From contig OZ316898.1 in NCBI GenBank assembly GCA_973895155.1, positions 5,877,079-5,941,078 on the forward strand: 64,000 bases of DNA, read 5' to 3'. The notes beneath the pieces are model-generated. The model was not told where the DNA came from. It was given only the letters and a program-made list of their open reading frames with translations, and did no database searches. Shown one piece after another: positions 1-13,048 of this stretch. Numbering within the stretch: the stretch's first letter is position 1; each line of letters starts with the position of its first letter. Origin of the DNA: Marsupella aquatica. Taxonomy: Eukaryota > Plantae > Marchantiophyta. The position numbers were made by a program, and so were the translations under genes.

Positions 1-645
1 TTAGTTCAACATACCCCCCATGCCTCCCCATTGGTCATAAGAATGTCCAGACCCAATACCAGAGTTCTTGGTTGAGGCCTCAACCAAGGGGGTTGCCCTA
101 AGTGTTGTCCATGGGGAATGCAGGGCCATTCCAAAAGGGTCACAGTTGGGATGGAAGGGGAGCACATTAGGAGGTATTGGGGCCAGGTAGAAATAGAGAG
201 TTAATTAGTATAATCCACTAGCCCAATGCGGGTGCATGGCACAATTGTAGTTGATAAGGCAATGCCCATCAAATAAGACAAAGGAATATACATGAGACAA
301 TGAATGTTATTGGGGGCAGTGTTATTGGGGCCAATGAAGTCATTGGAGCCCAAAAATGTCATGGACGCAAACAAAATGATTGAGGACTAAAACTGCCATG
401 GAGGAAAGGAAGTGTTGGAGTGGGTGTTACTGATGCCAGAGTTGATGCAAAACCTAGTCATCCGCCAAATCAGGCCATGGCAGTATGTGGTGCTGCTCAA
501 CACACATCAGGAGGGTGAGCAAGGGTGAGCTAGAGTTGCAACAAGTTTGTCCATGGGGAGGGGGAGGTGATGTGAGGGACAGGCCAGGCCGGATCAAGAT
601 GGGCAAGGGTTGGCTGTCATTTTTTCTACTTTTCCCCATATTTCC

Positions 646-942
646 CTCGGGGGTTTCACTTCCACAAAAATGGCATATCACGTGCGACGAAGGATAGGGT
701 CATTTTATTGGTTTTAATAGAAGACTTAAGAATTTTTGTAAAAGAACAATAGGGTCTTTTAAATGCAATTTTGAGACTTATAAGAACATTAGGGTCTTTT
801 TAATCCAATTTTTAGAATATTCCAAGAATATTCCAACTTTATAGAGGTTAAAAAATTAAAAAAAATTCTTACATTTTAGGGGGTCCGAGGCCTAAAAACG
901 TCGCAGGCGATGGGGAGGTCCCCATATAGTGAGACCCCCAAG
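646..942 (-). mobile_element. ~297-bp MITE with 8-bp TSD (hAT-like), copy 1
   Basis: TIR ctcgggggt...acccccaag and TSD atatttcc (638-645, 943-950). The paralogous site at ~10803 is empty. Confidence 0.85.
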
Positions 943-2880
943 ATATTTCCCTTACAGCTTTTCATAAATCTGTCCCCCAAATCAATCGAATACATTGATT
1001 TGACCCCCAAATAGAATGGTGATCGATATAGCTACACTGTTGACCATAATTAGTGTCAGTAACACTAATTCGAGAGCATCCATCTTCCGGGTCTACTTGT
1101 GAATGAGTGTTAGTCACACAAATTCTGAGCAAACACTAATTTCGTGTACTTCAAATGTATGTAACACTAATTGAAGTGACTTTTTGACTCGTATCACGCA
1201 GTGCGAGAATGCTGGGATTTCAAGTGTTCAACCCCCGGTTCAACCAGGCCTCTCATCACAGGCTAGCTCTTTGTTAGGGTATTCAGTTTTCACTCTCATT
1301 CAGGCGAACATTGATATATTGATGAGCACAATGTGAGCTGACAGAAAAAGATCCCTAATAGATGCTTTAGCCTCCATGACTATAGAGCTCTCCGCAGTTC
1401 CAGATACTCTACTGTTGGATGGAAAATAAAACCTCCAAAAATGATTGCGCGCAGGAGTAAATATTGTGGACCCCTCAAATCCCAAGTAGATACTCTAGCC
1501 CTCCATGACTACGAGCTTTCACCTCTAGATGCTCTATAGTAGTATGTTGCACAAAACCTTTAAACAAAATATAAAAAATAATAATTTTGAAAACCAATAC
1601 CAATTAGTGTTATTTTTGCTTCCGGATCAAGGTCACATAAATTAGTGTGGCATAACACTAATTAAGACCAACATCATTCTAGTGCTAGACTACTTTAACT
1701 TATTAAAAATATATATAAAAAACTAAGTTATACTATCACTCTTAAATTTATTAAATCATAAATTTTGTATAAGATAATAGAAATATAAAATAATTATAAA
1801 ACTTGCAATCATGGAGAATTGAAGCGCACCACACTCTGTGCCCAAGTACAACAAGACTCGGGCCGAGAGGAGGTTGCGGTTCATAAAATGATTGTTTAAA
1901 TGTAAAATAGCATTTGGTTCTGCACAGCAGATCTATGTGATGCAGTGGTAGAGAAGCACAGTTGGCTCCTTGAGCTCGTGAGTTCAAACCGAGCATAAAG
2001 TAATTTTTTCCCTAAACTCACGGCAGAGAAATAAATAAACCTGGAAAAGGTGGCAGAGAAATAAATAAACCTAAACGGGTTCAACAAATTCCTACATTTA
2101 AACTATAAATGAAATACATAGGGGGGTTGAAGTAATTTGCAGTTAGAAAAAATAACAAAGAAGCCAGCCATGGAAGGCACGAATTAAAATTAAAATAATC
2201 ACCAAAACAACTGAATTGGGAGACTGAAACAATGATCTACCATAGGGGGAAGTCCTTATGGTGAATCCAAGTTTCATATTTTATCTTGTTCATATTTTCA
2301 CTCATATATTTTTATTTCAATGTGTTTTTTCTAGGTGTAGTATTTGTATTATATAGAAGAGGAATGAATATTGGGACCCTTTTTTAATATCTTGCTGTCC
2401 AAGAGATTTTGAGTTCACTTTTTAATCTTTGCAGTCCTAAGCATTATACTTTAGCACTAAATTTTTTATATTTTTTTTTAAATTTTTTAAGGGAAATCTG
2501 TGAAACCCCACAAAAAGGGAAGAGTCAGCCACAATAGTTGGGGAGAGTCAGCCCACAATAGTTGAACCCAAGACCTATCGGTCTCTACTCATTCAAGTGA
2601 GCTACCACAAAGTCATGCCTCTCTGGGCACTTTAGCACTAACTTTAAACTTCTACTAGAAGAGAGAAGAAGTTTTACCTCTTAATTCTTGGCTGTCCTAG
2701 AGAATTTTGAGCTCATTTTGACACCTCCCCTCACTTTTTAATCTTTGCTATCCTAAGTATATAAGAATATACTTTACCAGTGTTTGACTTCCCCCATGAT
2801 TTGTTTTCCTAAACTTATGGTTTTGATCGAATTGATTGTCATTAATTAGGCAAGTGAGTATGTGTACCTTATGTGGATAA

Positions 2881-3179
2881 CTCGGGGGTCTCACTATATG
2901 GGGACCTCCCCATCACCTGCAACTTTTTAAGGCCTCAGACCCCTAAAATGTAAGAAATTTTTTTATTTTTGAACCCCTATAAAGTTGGAATATTCTTGAA
3001 ATATTACAAAAATTGGATTAAAAAGACCCTAATGTTCTTATAAGTCTCAAAAATGAATTTAAAAGACCCTATTGTTCTTCTTCAAAAATTCTTAAGTCTT
3101 CCTTTAGAACCAATAAAATGACCCTATCTTTCATCGCACGTGATATGTCATTTTTGTGGAAGCACGTGAAACCCCCGAG
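2881..3179 (+). mobile_element. Same MITE family, copy 2 (inverted relative to copy 1)
   Basis: TIR ctcgggggt...acccccgag and TSD gtggataa/gtggacaa. Empty sites (gtgcacaa) are at ~5717 and ~11306. Confidence 0.85.
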
Positions 3180-4369
3180 GTGGACAACTATTCAATATCT
3201 TTATTCCATAATACTTTAGTTTTCCTCATAGTTAATTATGTGTATTTTTTTGTTTGTGCCTTGCTTCTACACTTGTATCCCACTCTGTCATTGTTAAAAG
3301 ATATATTTTTCATATACTTACTATACTTTAATTCTACTATTGTATTTCATTGTAAAAAATTACATCTCTTACATATATCACTACAAGACCAAAACAAAGC
3401 TTGTTCTAGGATGAATAAGATTTATTGATCTGGTACTTATTTACCAACCGGTCCTGCAATTTGTATATAGGTCAACTTTTAACTGATGACTCACCGGGTT
3501 ATTGTTGCAACGTGGCAAGTTGCCATTGGCTGTAGCTAACCTGCCAGATCCCCTTTGGGCCCCCTCCCCTTCGCGCCGGTTAGGCACCGTCACAGGCCCG
3601 GAAGGACCCAAATCGCATATTTTTTGCCTTCCAAAAACCTGGTCATTTCCTGTCCCAAGGGGAGTTGTTGGACTCCCCTCTTGAATGCACCCTCTGAGCC
3701 CCTCCTGTTAGTCGTCGAGCCTCTCCCCTCTCAAAAGTTGCCTACCCTCTTTCCCCTGAAACGTTTGACCTTTGGCCCTCCCAAAAAAATTCAGAAGGAC
3801 AATGTGAGATATATATACTACTGTGTGTGACCCTTCCTCTCCTCCTTTGCACTCCGAACGTACGTTGTACGTTTTGGATGCTTCGCTCTCGTTTGCCAAG
3901 ACAATAGATATCCAAGCTGAGCGTCATCATGTTTGTTTTCAAAATCCAATCATTTTCTGCCAGGCAAGCCAATAGATATCCAGGCATGGCGTATGGGCGT
4001 TTTTTGGCCAAGCCAAGAGTCATAGCATCACTGTGTTTCTTTCCTACTTCAGATTTGTTTGGCAAGCCACGAGATATCAGGCATATGTCAGTCTGTTTCT
4101 TCTCTAATTTAGTACACTAGTGCATGGTTGTCATTCTTTTGTAATTTAGTACAGGTCCGCTCGATCCGTGCAGCCGGAATGAGTCCAATTAGCGTGAAGA
4201 AGAGCAGGCGCGCACGAGGATTCATGATGCTTCAACATGAGCAAATCTAGCTAAGCGTGTAATTCCTTCCACAAACACGTATTCCTTTTGAATAGCATTG
4301 GATCCCCTGTGGTTTCCTTCCCATGCCAGTTACAAGGAACCCTTTGTTGCCAAGTATTGATACATGACT

Positions 4370-5722
4370 ATAGCCTCCATGACTATATATAGCCTCCATG
4401 ATCCCTAATAAATATTTTAGCCTCCATGACTCTAGAGTTGTCCGCACCTCCAAATGCTCTACTATTGGAGGAAAGTAAAACCTCCAAAAATGATTGCTTG
4501 CGGGAGTAAATATTGTGGACCCCTCAAATCCCTAGGAGATACTCTAGCTCTCCATGAGTAAAGAGCTTTCACCTCTAGATGCTCTATAATAATATGTTGA
4601 ACAAAACATTTAAGCAAATTTAAAATAAATAAATTTGGAAACTGATACCAACTAGTGTTAGTTCACGCAAATGAGTGTGACATGACACTAATTACTACTA
4701 ACATCATTCTAGTGCTAGACTATTTTAACTTATTGAGAAATATATAAAAAAAACTAAGTTATACTATCACTGTCTCTTAGATTTCATTAAGATAATAGAA
4801 ATATAAAATAATTATAAAACTTGTAATATATGATGGAGAATTGAAGCGCATCAAACTTTGTGCAGTCTGTGGCAGAAAAGCCCAGTTGGGTCCTTGAGAT
4901 CGTGAGTTCAAATCAAGCCTGTAATAAGTTTTCCCTAAACTCACGACAGAGAAATGTGGCAGAGAAACAAGTGAGCTTAAGAGGGGTTCAATAACTCCTA
5001 CATCGACATAATAAATGATTTATATAGGTAAGGGGGGTTCAAATAATTTGCAGATAGAAAAAAAGTAACAAAGAAGCCAGCCATGGCAGGCCCAAATTAA
5101 AATTAAAATAACCACCAAAACAAATCTGAATTGGGAGACTGAAACAATGATGTACCATAAGGGGAAGTCAGAATGGTGATACTACTCTATGGTGAATCCA
5201 AAATTCAGATTTTATCTTTTTCATATTTTCACTCATATATTTTTATTTCAATGTGTTTTTTTAAGGTGTATCATTTGTATTATATAGATGAGAAATGAAT
5301 TTTGGGACCCCTCTTAATATTTTGCTGTCCAAGAGATCACATTTTGAGTTCATTTTGAGACAATAATCTCTTCACTTTTTAATCTTTGCGATCCTAAGCA
5401 TATATGTTACTACTAACTTTAAACTTCTACCAGAAGAGAGAGGAAGTACGTTTTACCTGTTAATTCTTGGCTGTCCTAGAGAATTTTGAGTTCATATTGA
5501 CACCACTCTTCACTTTTTAATTTGTGCTATCCTATATAAGCATACACTTTACCACAAATTTTAAAGTCTACCAGAAGAGAGAAGAAGTTTACCTGTTCTC
5601 AGATAAATGAATTTGAGAAGTGTGGACAAGTAGTGTTTCTCCCATGATATGTTTTCCTAAACTTATGGTTTTCATTGAATTGATTGTCATTAGGCAAGTG
5701 AGTATGTGTACTTTATGTGCAC
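4370..5722. repeat. Composite dispersed repeat, copy B
   Basis: Direct diverged repeat of ~1370-2880. Confidence 0.8.
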
Positions 5723-6397
5723 AACCCTAGGGAATCACCTCGGGAATCACTCATCGGATTCTTAGAACCAGGTGCAAACAAATGAAAATTATTTAAATTG
5801 ATCTTTTCCATTTAATAATTATAATCACAAATTTGTAATGAAGGGGATTAATTAACTTCTTATGTCATATTATTTTTATTTCTATGTAAGTTAGGGTATT
5901 AACGCATAGTGTATGTCATGCGTCACCAGCGGATTGGTCCAAGTGTAGGTCATGTATTAGTAATTTAATTTTTTACAATGGTATTAGTTGTTAACATGGA
6001 TAGATTTAAAGCAAAAACACCTTCATAGAATAAATCACAACTTAAGTAATGACCCCTGCAAATCAGTCTTTTCGCTATATTTTATAAAGACACAAGGGGT
6101 TTAACAATGAGTTACCAAAGTACTTATAAATGACTCAAGGGTGTTTTTAATATATTGAGAATTATTTATTACATTCTTCAAGGGTCTCTTAAATTGGCGA
6201 TATGAAAATTTAACAAAGGCCAATGGCCTCGCCAATGGCGACTCACCAATATGTTGTAGCAATTACCCTCTATACGAATTGGGGGATAGGTTGATAAATA
6301 ATTTTATTTGGGGGGACATCAAGAGATTTGATTGATTTGGGGGACAGGATAATAAAAGATGATTTCAAACTTTTTCTGCTCTCCTTTGCCCTCCCCA

Positions 6398-6890
6398 GTT
6401 GCTTGGGAGCAAGGTGGGAACCCTCACTTAGTCATTCAATTGTCCTTTCCGTTCAGTTGGACTGTTTAATTTCTTGTCAATTTCTTGTCAAGTCATGATT
6501 CAGAAAAACACCTCCGAGCTCCACATAATTGCCATCTTTGATGAAGAGGTAGCTGCTACATTTTGAGCTTCCTCACATCTCCTCAGTAGAGGGTTAATGG
6601 ATTTCAATTCCCACATTATCATTCTCCTGAGCAATCACAAATTTGGAGTACCAACAGAGTACAAAAGAATAAACAAAAGAGGTCCCAAGTGGGCAAAACC
6701 AAATACAAAACAAAAGCAATCACAAATGGATTAACTAGGCATCGTCTCCCAGGAAAGCACAACCAACTTAAAAACCCATCAGTGTGGGGAGCTGGACCCA
6801 AGTATATGCCTTCAGGTCTTGAGGATAAAACCCTCGAAGCTGAAGAACAGTAGACAAGAGAATAATACCCGAATACAAGGAGAAACGGTT
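6398..6890. repeat. Direct repeat of ~13090-13520
   Basis: Near-identical stretch starting cagttgcttgg..agcaaggtgggaaccctcacttagtc and ending gaatacaaggagaaacggt. Confidence 0.85.
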
Positions 6891-8375
6891 GACAGAAAAA
6901 ACGAAAATGAAAGAAACTCATATATATGGGAGCGACTCAGTTGATTTTTAAATGGAAAATTAATTAACAAAGAAGAAAGCCCTAATATGTTGATATTAAA
7001 ATAACAATCCCATCCAAAAAGTTGACCTTGTGAGACTGAAACATAGATGCCAAAAATAGCAGCATCAAGAGGACGCAGTCTATCTATCTATAAGTAAATA
7101 TTATTGCAATCAAAAGCGACTCTTGGGATAGCCTCTAGACACTGACTCTAACTAAGGGCATGAATAAAAGTGAGCGAGCACCCCTCGAAAGAGGGGGACA
7201 GATGGATTGGACTGCAAATAGCCAGCCAGGTATGTTTAAGGGGGAGTTATTTTTTGTCCTCAGTCACCTCTATTAATTTACGAATGGGGCAAATCAAAGA
7301 CTCAAATGGGGCAAATCAAAGGAAGACTCAAAGGAAGAGTTTATGCAATACAATAGGAGGACTTAAAAAGGAGGGTAGTTTTCTTTTTCTTTTCCTTTTT
7401 GAATACAATAGGAGTACTTAAGAAGGAGGGCAGTTTTGTTTTTCTTTTCCTTTTTTAAGTACGAAAGGAGTACTCGAAAGGAGGGTTTTCCGCAACCCGG
7501 TAATATTCAGGGTTCAGGGTTTGTGCGATGGGAGCTAGAAACATTTTATTGATTAAGAGCTACTCTAGGGTCTCGAACATACTTAGAGAAAGCGAAGACT
7601 TGTCGACGGTTACATCTCTCACTCACAGCCACCGGCCTTCCCTTCCGGACCGAGCTGGGAATTTGGAGCTGATTAATATCGTTCGAGAACCTCAAAACTC
7701 GACAAGGACCCCCTCTCCATTCACGAAATGAGGTAGATCCAAGCTTGGCAGCATTTTAGACAGACAAAGCATGACTTGTAACAAACACTGGATCTCCAAA
7801 ACTTGGGCTTGTCGACGGCACTTTAGTTGATCGTGTGCAGGCTAGAAAGACGATACGGTAGAAGTAAAGGCCTGGCATTGCCCATCTAAACAGCTAAGCT
7901 AGCGCACGTACAGATCGGTCCTTACATATCAGACTAAAAAGAACCTCTACATTCACATCTCTGAGTACTCATGCGAACTCACATCTCGCAGTAGTCATGC
8001 AAAAAGCTTTGTGCTGCAGAAGCAAAAGCAGTAGAGCAAAGGTGGACCGTGAACACTCGTCGGAAATCAGCAACATTTGAACTTGTGAATGAGACATAAG
8101 GACGTTTCACACACTGCAGCCATCAGCAGTGCCACACTAATTGAATTTACTGACAATCATACCTTCTAAACACTCGATATCGACAATTTGCAGATATCTT
8201 ATTGGGTTCCCTCAAAAGCTATTTACAGAGAGGAACACATTTGATTTGACAGTCATACCTTCTAAACACTAAATGTACCATAATGCTGTTTCAAATCGAT
8301 ATCGCCAATTTGCAATATCTTATTAGGTTTTCTCAAAACCTATTTACAAAGAAGAACTAAACAAGCTCGTAGTAA

Positions 8376-9093
8376 CTATAAATTACTATTGGATCTTGTG
8401 ACAACACTCCGAATGCCTGACGCATACAACTGGTGATCGTTCGCCAATTTCTGTTTGTTCTTAGCAGCCAAGATCCTCCGTTTCTCCGAAACCGCTAACG
8501 CCCGTTTCTCAGTAGCCTCCAATATCGACTTCCTCTCAGCTGAACGAGTTGAGTACGTCACCAACGCACACTGATCTCCTTTCCCGTGGTCCAGAGAAAC
8601 CTTCCTCGTCTTGCCGGCATTCGCATCCTTTACCACTTTCGTATTCATGTCAGAGCTGGCAGAAGGCAAGGGCGGAGGCGAGGCACCGGTCCGCGGTAGT
8701 TGGACATAGTGAGCTAGAGTCTCGTCATACCCTCCTTGCTCCTGCTCCCAAAACATCCTGCGCAGCTCCGTCTTCAGATCCTCCTTAGAATCATGGCCCG
8801 CAAAATCTCCTCCAACTCGTAGCCTCTTGTGCAAGCCTCCCTCGAATGACAGGGCCCATAATCCCCCATCGCGTCTCGCTATATACAGTCGCGCCATGGT
8901 CCTGCCTTGTCGTCTCCTCTCGTCCACAATTAACAGTACCCGCCGGCAGCCCTCGCAAAGCCGAATACTTTGGAGTTCAATTACCAGTTCCGAACGCACA
9001 TCATCTGCAGGACTGACGCTATCAACAACCCCTGCGATCTCCTTTCCTCGACAACGATCTACTGTAAGGGGTGCAGCCAGGTGCAGATGAATC
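8376..9093 (-). CDS. Orphan ORF / possible terminal exon of an unknown gene
   Basis: Open frame of ~240 codons in a GC-richer island, beginning after a plausible acceptor (ttatag near 9093). No family was recognised. Confidence 0.3.
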
Positions 9094-9394
9094 TATAAGT
9101 CACTATATGTCCCCTCCGCGTAGAGAGAGCAGCCCTCAGAGTTGTAATGGTCTCACAGGGATGCTCCTGGTACTGGAAAAACTCAGAAGGACAATGGAGA
9201 GATATACACTACTGCGTATGACTCTTCCTCCTGCACTCCGAACGTACGTCGGTTTGGATGCTTCGTTCCTGTTTTGCCAATAGATATTCAAGCTGAGCAA
9301 TCCGATCATTTTCTGCCAGTTACAAGGGACCCTTTGTTGCCATGCCAGTTACAAGGGACCCTTTGTTGCCAAGTATTGATACATATCTGAAGAA

Positions 9395-9597
9395 AGCTCG
9401 ATTGGGGCGTAGATGACGTGGAATCAATCAGCCCGCTGAACGAGCGCGATCATTCAACCATGCTCACCATTTCCGGGCACTGATTGATTTCACAGGTCCT
9501 GATCATCCATCTAATTCCAAGTGGCGAGCATGTCACGGCTGAATGATCGCGCTGGTGCAGCTGACTGGATTGCTCTTGACGTCCACTCATCGGAGCT
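9395..9597. ncRNA. Candidate long stem-loop (pri-miRNA/hpRNA-like)
   Basis: Nested complementary blocks agctc/gagct, gacgt/acgtc, caatc/gattg, gctg/cagc, agcgcgatcattca/tgaatgatcgcgct and catgctc/gagcatg. Confidence 0.35.
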
Positions 9598-9645
9598 CTG
9601 GAGTCAGCCAGACTACAAACGCGACGGCTGCAGTACCAGCTACCT

Positions 9646-9815
9646 TGTGGAATCCAGTAGATTTGACAGATACACATGACGATGATCAGTCGGAAGCTTG
9701 TGGAATCCAGTAGATTTGACAGATACACATGACGATGATCAGTCGGAAGCTTCACTCTACTATTCGTTCTGATACACTTGACGATGATCAGTCGGAAGCT
9801 TGTCACTCTACTATC
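9646..9815. repeat. Tandem repeat, ~50-bp unit (..gatacacatgacgatgatcagtcggaagct) x3
   Basis: tgacgatgatcagtcggaagctt occurs three times. Confidence 0.8.
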
Positions 9816-9835
9816 AGTTCTGGTCATGGCAGTTT

Positions 9836-11791
9836 TATGGACTTTCGCGATTTGGAAATTTTGGGCTATGAGAAGAGAGGAGGGATGCGAGATGAGAGAG
9901 AACAGTGGAGGTTTAATTGCAGGGTAAAATTGGAGCTATACTCGGCGTTTAGTTTATTTCATCCTCGAGGTTGGCATCTACGGGTCCCGGAGGGAATATC
10001 TCCTTTAATGTTGATGCATTGGCCGTGATCCTCACCCATCCTATTTTTTCGTGGACTACTACTGTAGCTAGGGCACACCCAAAAGTAATCAAATTTTACC
10101 AACCGGCCCCATAAATTAATTCATTTATACGGTTGTACTCCATTTTGTACAAGGGTACCCCCAATGCCTACCCATTGGTGACAACATTAACCGGACCCAA
10201 GTCCACTAATTTTGGTTAAGGCCTCAACCAAGGGCTCTGCCCCAAGTGTTGTCCATCGGGAATGAGGGGCCATTCCAAAAGGGTTACACTTGGGAGGGAA
10301 GGGGAGCACATTAGGAGGTATTGGAGCCACTTACAAATAGAGAGTTACTTAATATGACCCACTAGCCCAATGCGGGTGCATTACACAATTGTAGTTGATA
10401 AGGCAATGCCCTTGAGGTACACACAAATGTCAAATGAGACAAAGAAATGCACATGAGACAATGAAGTGCTATTGGGGGCAATGAAGTCATTGAAGCCCAA
10501 AAGGGTCATCGAGGCAAGCAAAATGATTGAGAACAAAAACTGTCATGGAGGAAAGGAAGTGTTGTAGTGGGTGTTACTGATGTCAGAGTTGATGCAAAAT
10601 TAACCTAGTCAGCAGTGTCATCCGCCAGATCAGACTGAGTATGTGGTGCTGCTCAACATTCATCAGGAGGGCACTGACCAAGGGTGACAGTTGCAACAAG
10701 TTTGTCCATTGGGAGGGGGAGGTGTTTGAGGGACAGGAGGGGGACAGGCAGGGCTGGATCAAGATGGGCAAGGGTTGGCCATCACTTTTTCTACTTTTCC
10801 CCATATTTCCCTTTACACTTTTTATAAACCTGTTCCCCAAATCAATCTCATAAATTGATGTGGCCCCCAAATAGAATTGTGATACTGCATATGGTGAATA
10901 CACCTTTCAGATTTTGTCTTGTTCATATTTTCAGTCATATATTGTTATTTCAATGTGTTTTTTCCAGGTGTGTCATTTGTATTATATAGATTAGGAATTA
11001 ATTTTGAATTGGTACCCCTCTTAATTTTTTGCTGTCCTAGAGAATTTTGAGTTCATTTTGACACATCTCTTTACTTTTTAATCTTTGTGATCTTAAGCAT
11101 ATATATATATATATACTTTACCACTAATTTTAAACTTCTACCAGAAGAGAGAAGAAGTGTTAAGTGTTCTCATGAGAGAGAGAAATGAATCTGAGAAGTG
11201 TGGACAACTACTGTAGTGTTTTAACTTCCCCCCATGATTTTTTTCCTAAACTTATAGTTTTGATTGAATTGATTGTCATTAGGCAAGTGAGTATGTGTAC
11301 CTTATGTGCACAAATACTCAATATCTTTATTCTGTAAGACTTGTACATTTACTGATCATTATGTGTTTTTTTTCGTGTGGCTTGCTTCTACGCTTGTACC
11401 CCACTCATTGTCAAAAGATACTTTTCTTTCATATACCATACTTTGATTCTACTATTGTATTTCCTTGGAATAAAATTACATCTCTTACACATATCACTAC
11501 AAGACCAAATTAAAACAAAGCATGTTCCAAGATGAACATGCTATATTGATGTGGCCCCAGAATAGACTTATTTACCAACCTGTCCCCCAATTTATAATTA
11601 TAGGTCAACTTTTAACTCATGACCGGGTTATTGTTGCAATGGGTTAGAGATGCCAACCTCAAGGATGAAATAAACTAAATGCCGAGTATAGCTCCAATTT
11701 TACCCTGCAATTAAACCTCCACTGTTCTCTCTCATCTCGCATCCCTCCTCTCTTCCCATAGCCCAGAATTTCCAAATCGCGAAAGTCCATA
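9836..11791. repeat. ~145-bp inverted repeat pair (9836-9979 / 11649-11791)
   Basis: The same peptide MDFRDLEILGY..SLFHP appears on opposite strands in the ORF track, and the arms are nearly identical. Confidence 0.85.
10150..11640. repeat. Composite dispersed repeat, copy C (lacks both MITEs and the ~1025-2255 segment)
   Basis: Direct diverged repeat of 1-1020 joined to 2260-3516. A further fragment lies at ~20290-20400. Confidence 0.8.
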
Positions 11792-11909
11792 GCTTTCTTC
11801 AGATATGTATCAATATGGGGTTTCCCTTCCCTCAGCCTCCTCTTCCCACCTTGTCCCTCCTCTTCCCACCCTGTCCCTTTTTGCCCCACATGGCACAACC
11901 ACAATCAAG

Positions 11910-12785
11910 TCCGCCTTGATCTGGGACAGGTGGGGCTGCCCAACACCGCATGTTAAATCTACACCGCGTCAAAGTGTCCCAATCTTCCTGGGGCCCCGTA
12001 CACTACCCTTCCCAGTCTCCAATGTTGTTGCCCACTCTAGCCCGATTTTGCCAGAACATAAACTAAGACTATCATTTTGTCACCCGCTCTGGCCCGATTA
12101 ACATTGTGCCATCAACTTTGGGTTTATGTTTTTGGCACCTTTCGTTTTTTGTCGCCCGCTCCGGCCCAATCAACTTTGTGCCATCGACTTCTTCCTTGTG
12201 GAGTTGTGGTTTATGTTTTGGCAACACTTTTTTCCAACAAAGTCATGTTTACGTCATAACAGAGTCTAAGTGTTCAAGTACAACCTCATACGTTGGTTAA
12301 GAATCATGATTGATAGAGTATTGGTTGTTGTTCTGCCAAATGTTTTTTCTCTATGGAGTTGTGATGTTTGTTTTGACAACACTTCTTTCCAATGGAGTTA
12401 TGCTTGTTTCATAATAGAATCTAATTGTTCAGGCAAAGCCTAGTACTTTGGATAAAAGTATGATTAATGATAGAGTATTGGTTTATTCTGGCAAACTTGG
12501 GCCGGAGAGGGCAATAGCAATGGGGACTTGGGCCGGAGCGGGTGACAGCAAGTGAAGGGTGTCAGAACATAAACCCGAAATCGATGACACAAAGTTAATC
12601 AAGCCGGAGCAAGTGACAAAATGGTAGAGTTTTGGTTTATGTTATGACAAACTAGGGCCGGGGCAGGCAGCAACATCAGGTACTGGGATGGGCAATGTAG
12701 GGGGGCCAGGAAGATAGGGGAGCATAACATGGGGGTGTAAACTTAGCACACGGTCTGCCCGACCCAGCTCCATGGACCAAGGTGG
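11910..12785. mobile_element. Foldback element with long (~250 bp) diverged inverted arms (MULE-like non-autonomous?)
   Basis: 11910-12170 is the reverse complement of ~12520-12785 (e.g. cattttgtcac/gtgacaaaatg, gggtttatgtt/aacataaaccc, atcttcctgg/ccaggaagat). No TSD was resolved. Confidence 0.6.
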
Positions 12786-12887
12786 GCAGGCACAGCGCAG
12801 CACTGCTGTCAGGCCCATAAGGGTAGGCTTTTTAAAGAGTACTTTTGCATCAGGCATGGACAGTGGATGGGCAAGGCGGAGGGCGCT

Positions 12888-13048
12888 CAAGGACTCATTT
12901 TCGGGCAGTCAGACAATTCTGGAAAAATATTTTGAAAGTCTAAAGTTCGAGTAGGATTTGTAATTAAGGGCGCACAAGGACTCATTTTCGGGCAGTCAGA
13001 CAATTCTGGAAAAATATTTTGAAAGTTTAAAGTTCGAGTAGGATTTGT
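12888..13048. repeat. Tandem duplication, ~88-bp period
   Basis: caaggactcattttcgggcagtcagacaattctggaaaaatattttgaaagt occurs twice. Confidence 0.85.

Larger units (their letters stand above)
1..3520. repeat. Composite dispersed repeat, copy A (carries MITE insertions)
   Basis: 1-1020 is colinear with ~10150-10885. 1370-2880 is colinear with ~4370-5722. 2260-3516 is colinear with ~10890-11640. Confidence 0.8.

Noticed and set aside
1945-2000. tRNA/SINE-like B-box (gttcaaacc), also at ~4905
   Set aside because: No cloverleaf or convincing A-box, and it lies inside a degenerate repeat.
646-3179. A single 2.5-kb element with 300-bp TIRs
   Set aside because: Each arm has its own TIRs and its own 8-bp TSD, so these are two independent MITE insertions.
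9646-9815. CRISPR-like repeat-spacer pattern
   Set aside because: The spacers are themselves duplicated, the context is eukaryotic and there are no cas genes. This is a simple tandem repeat.
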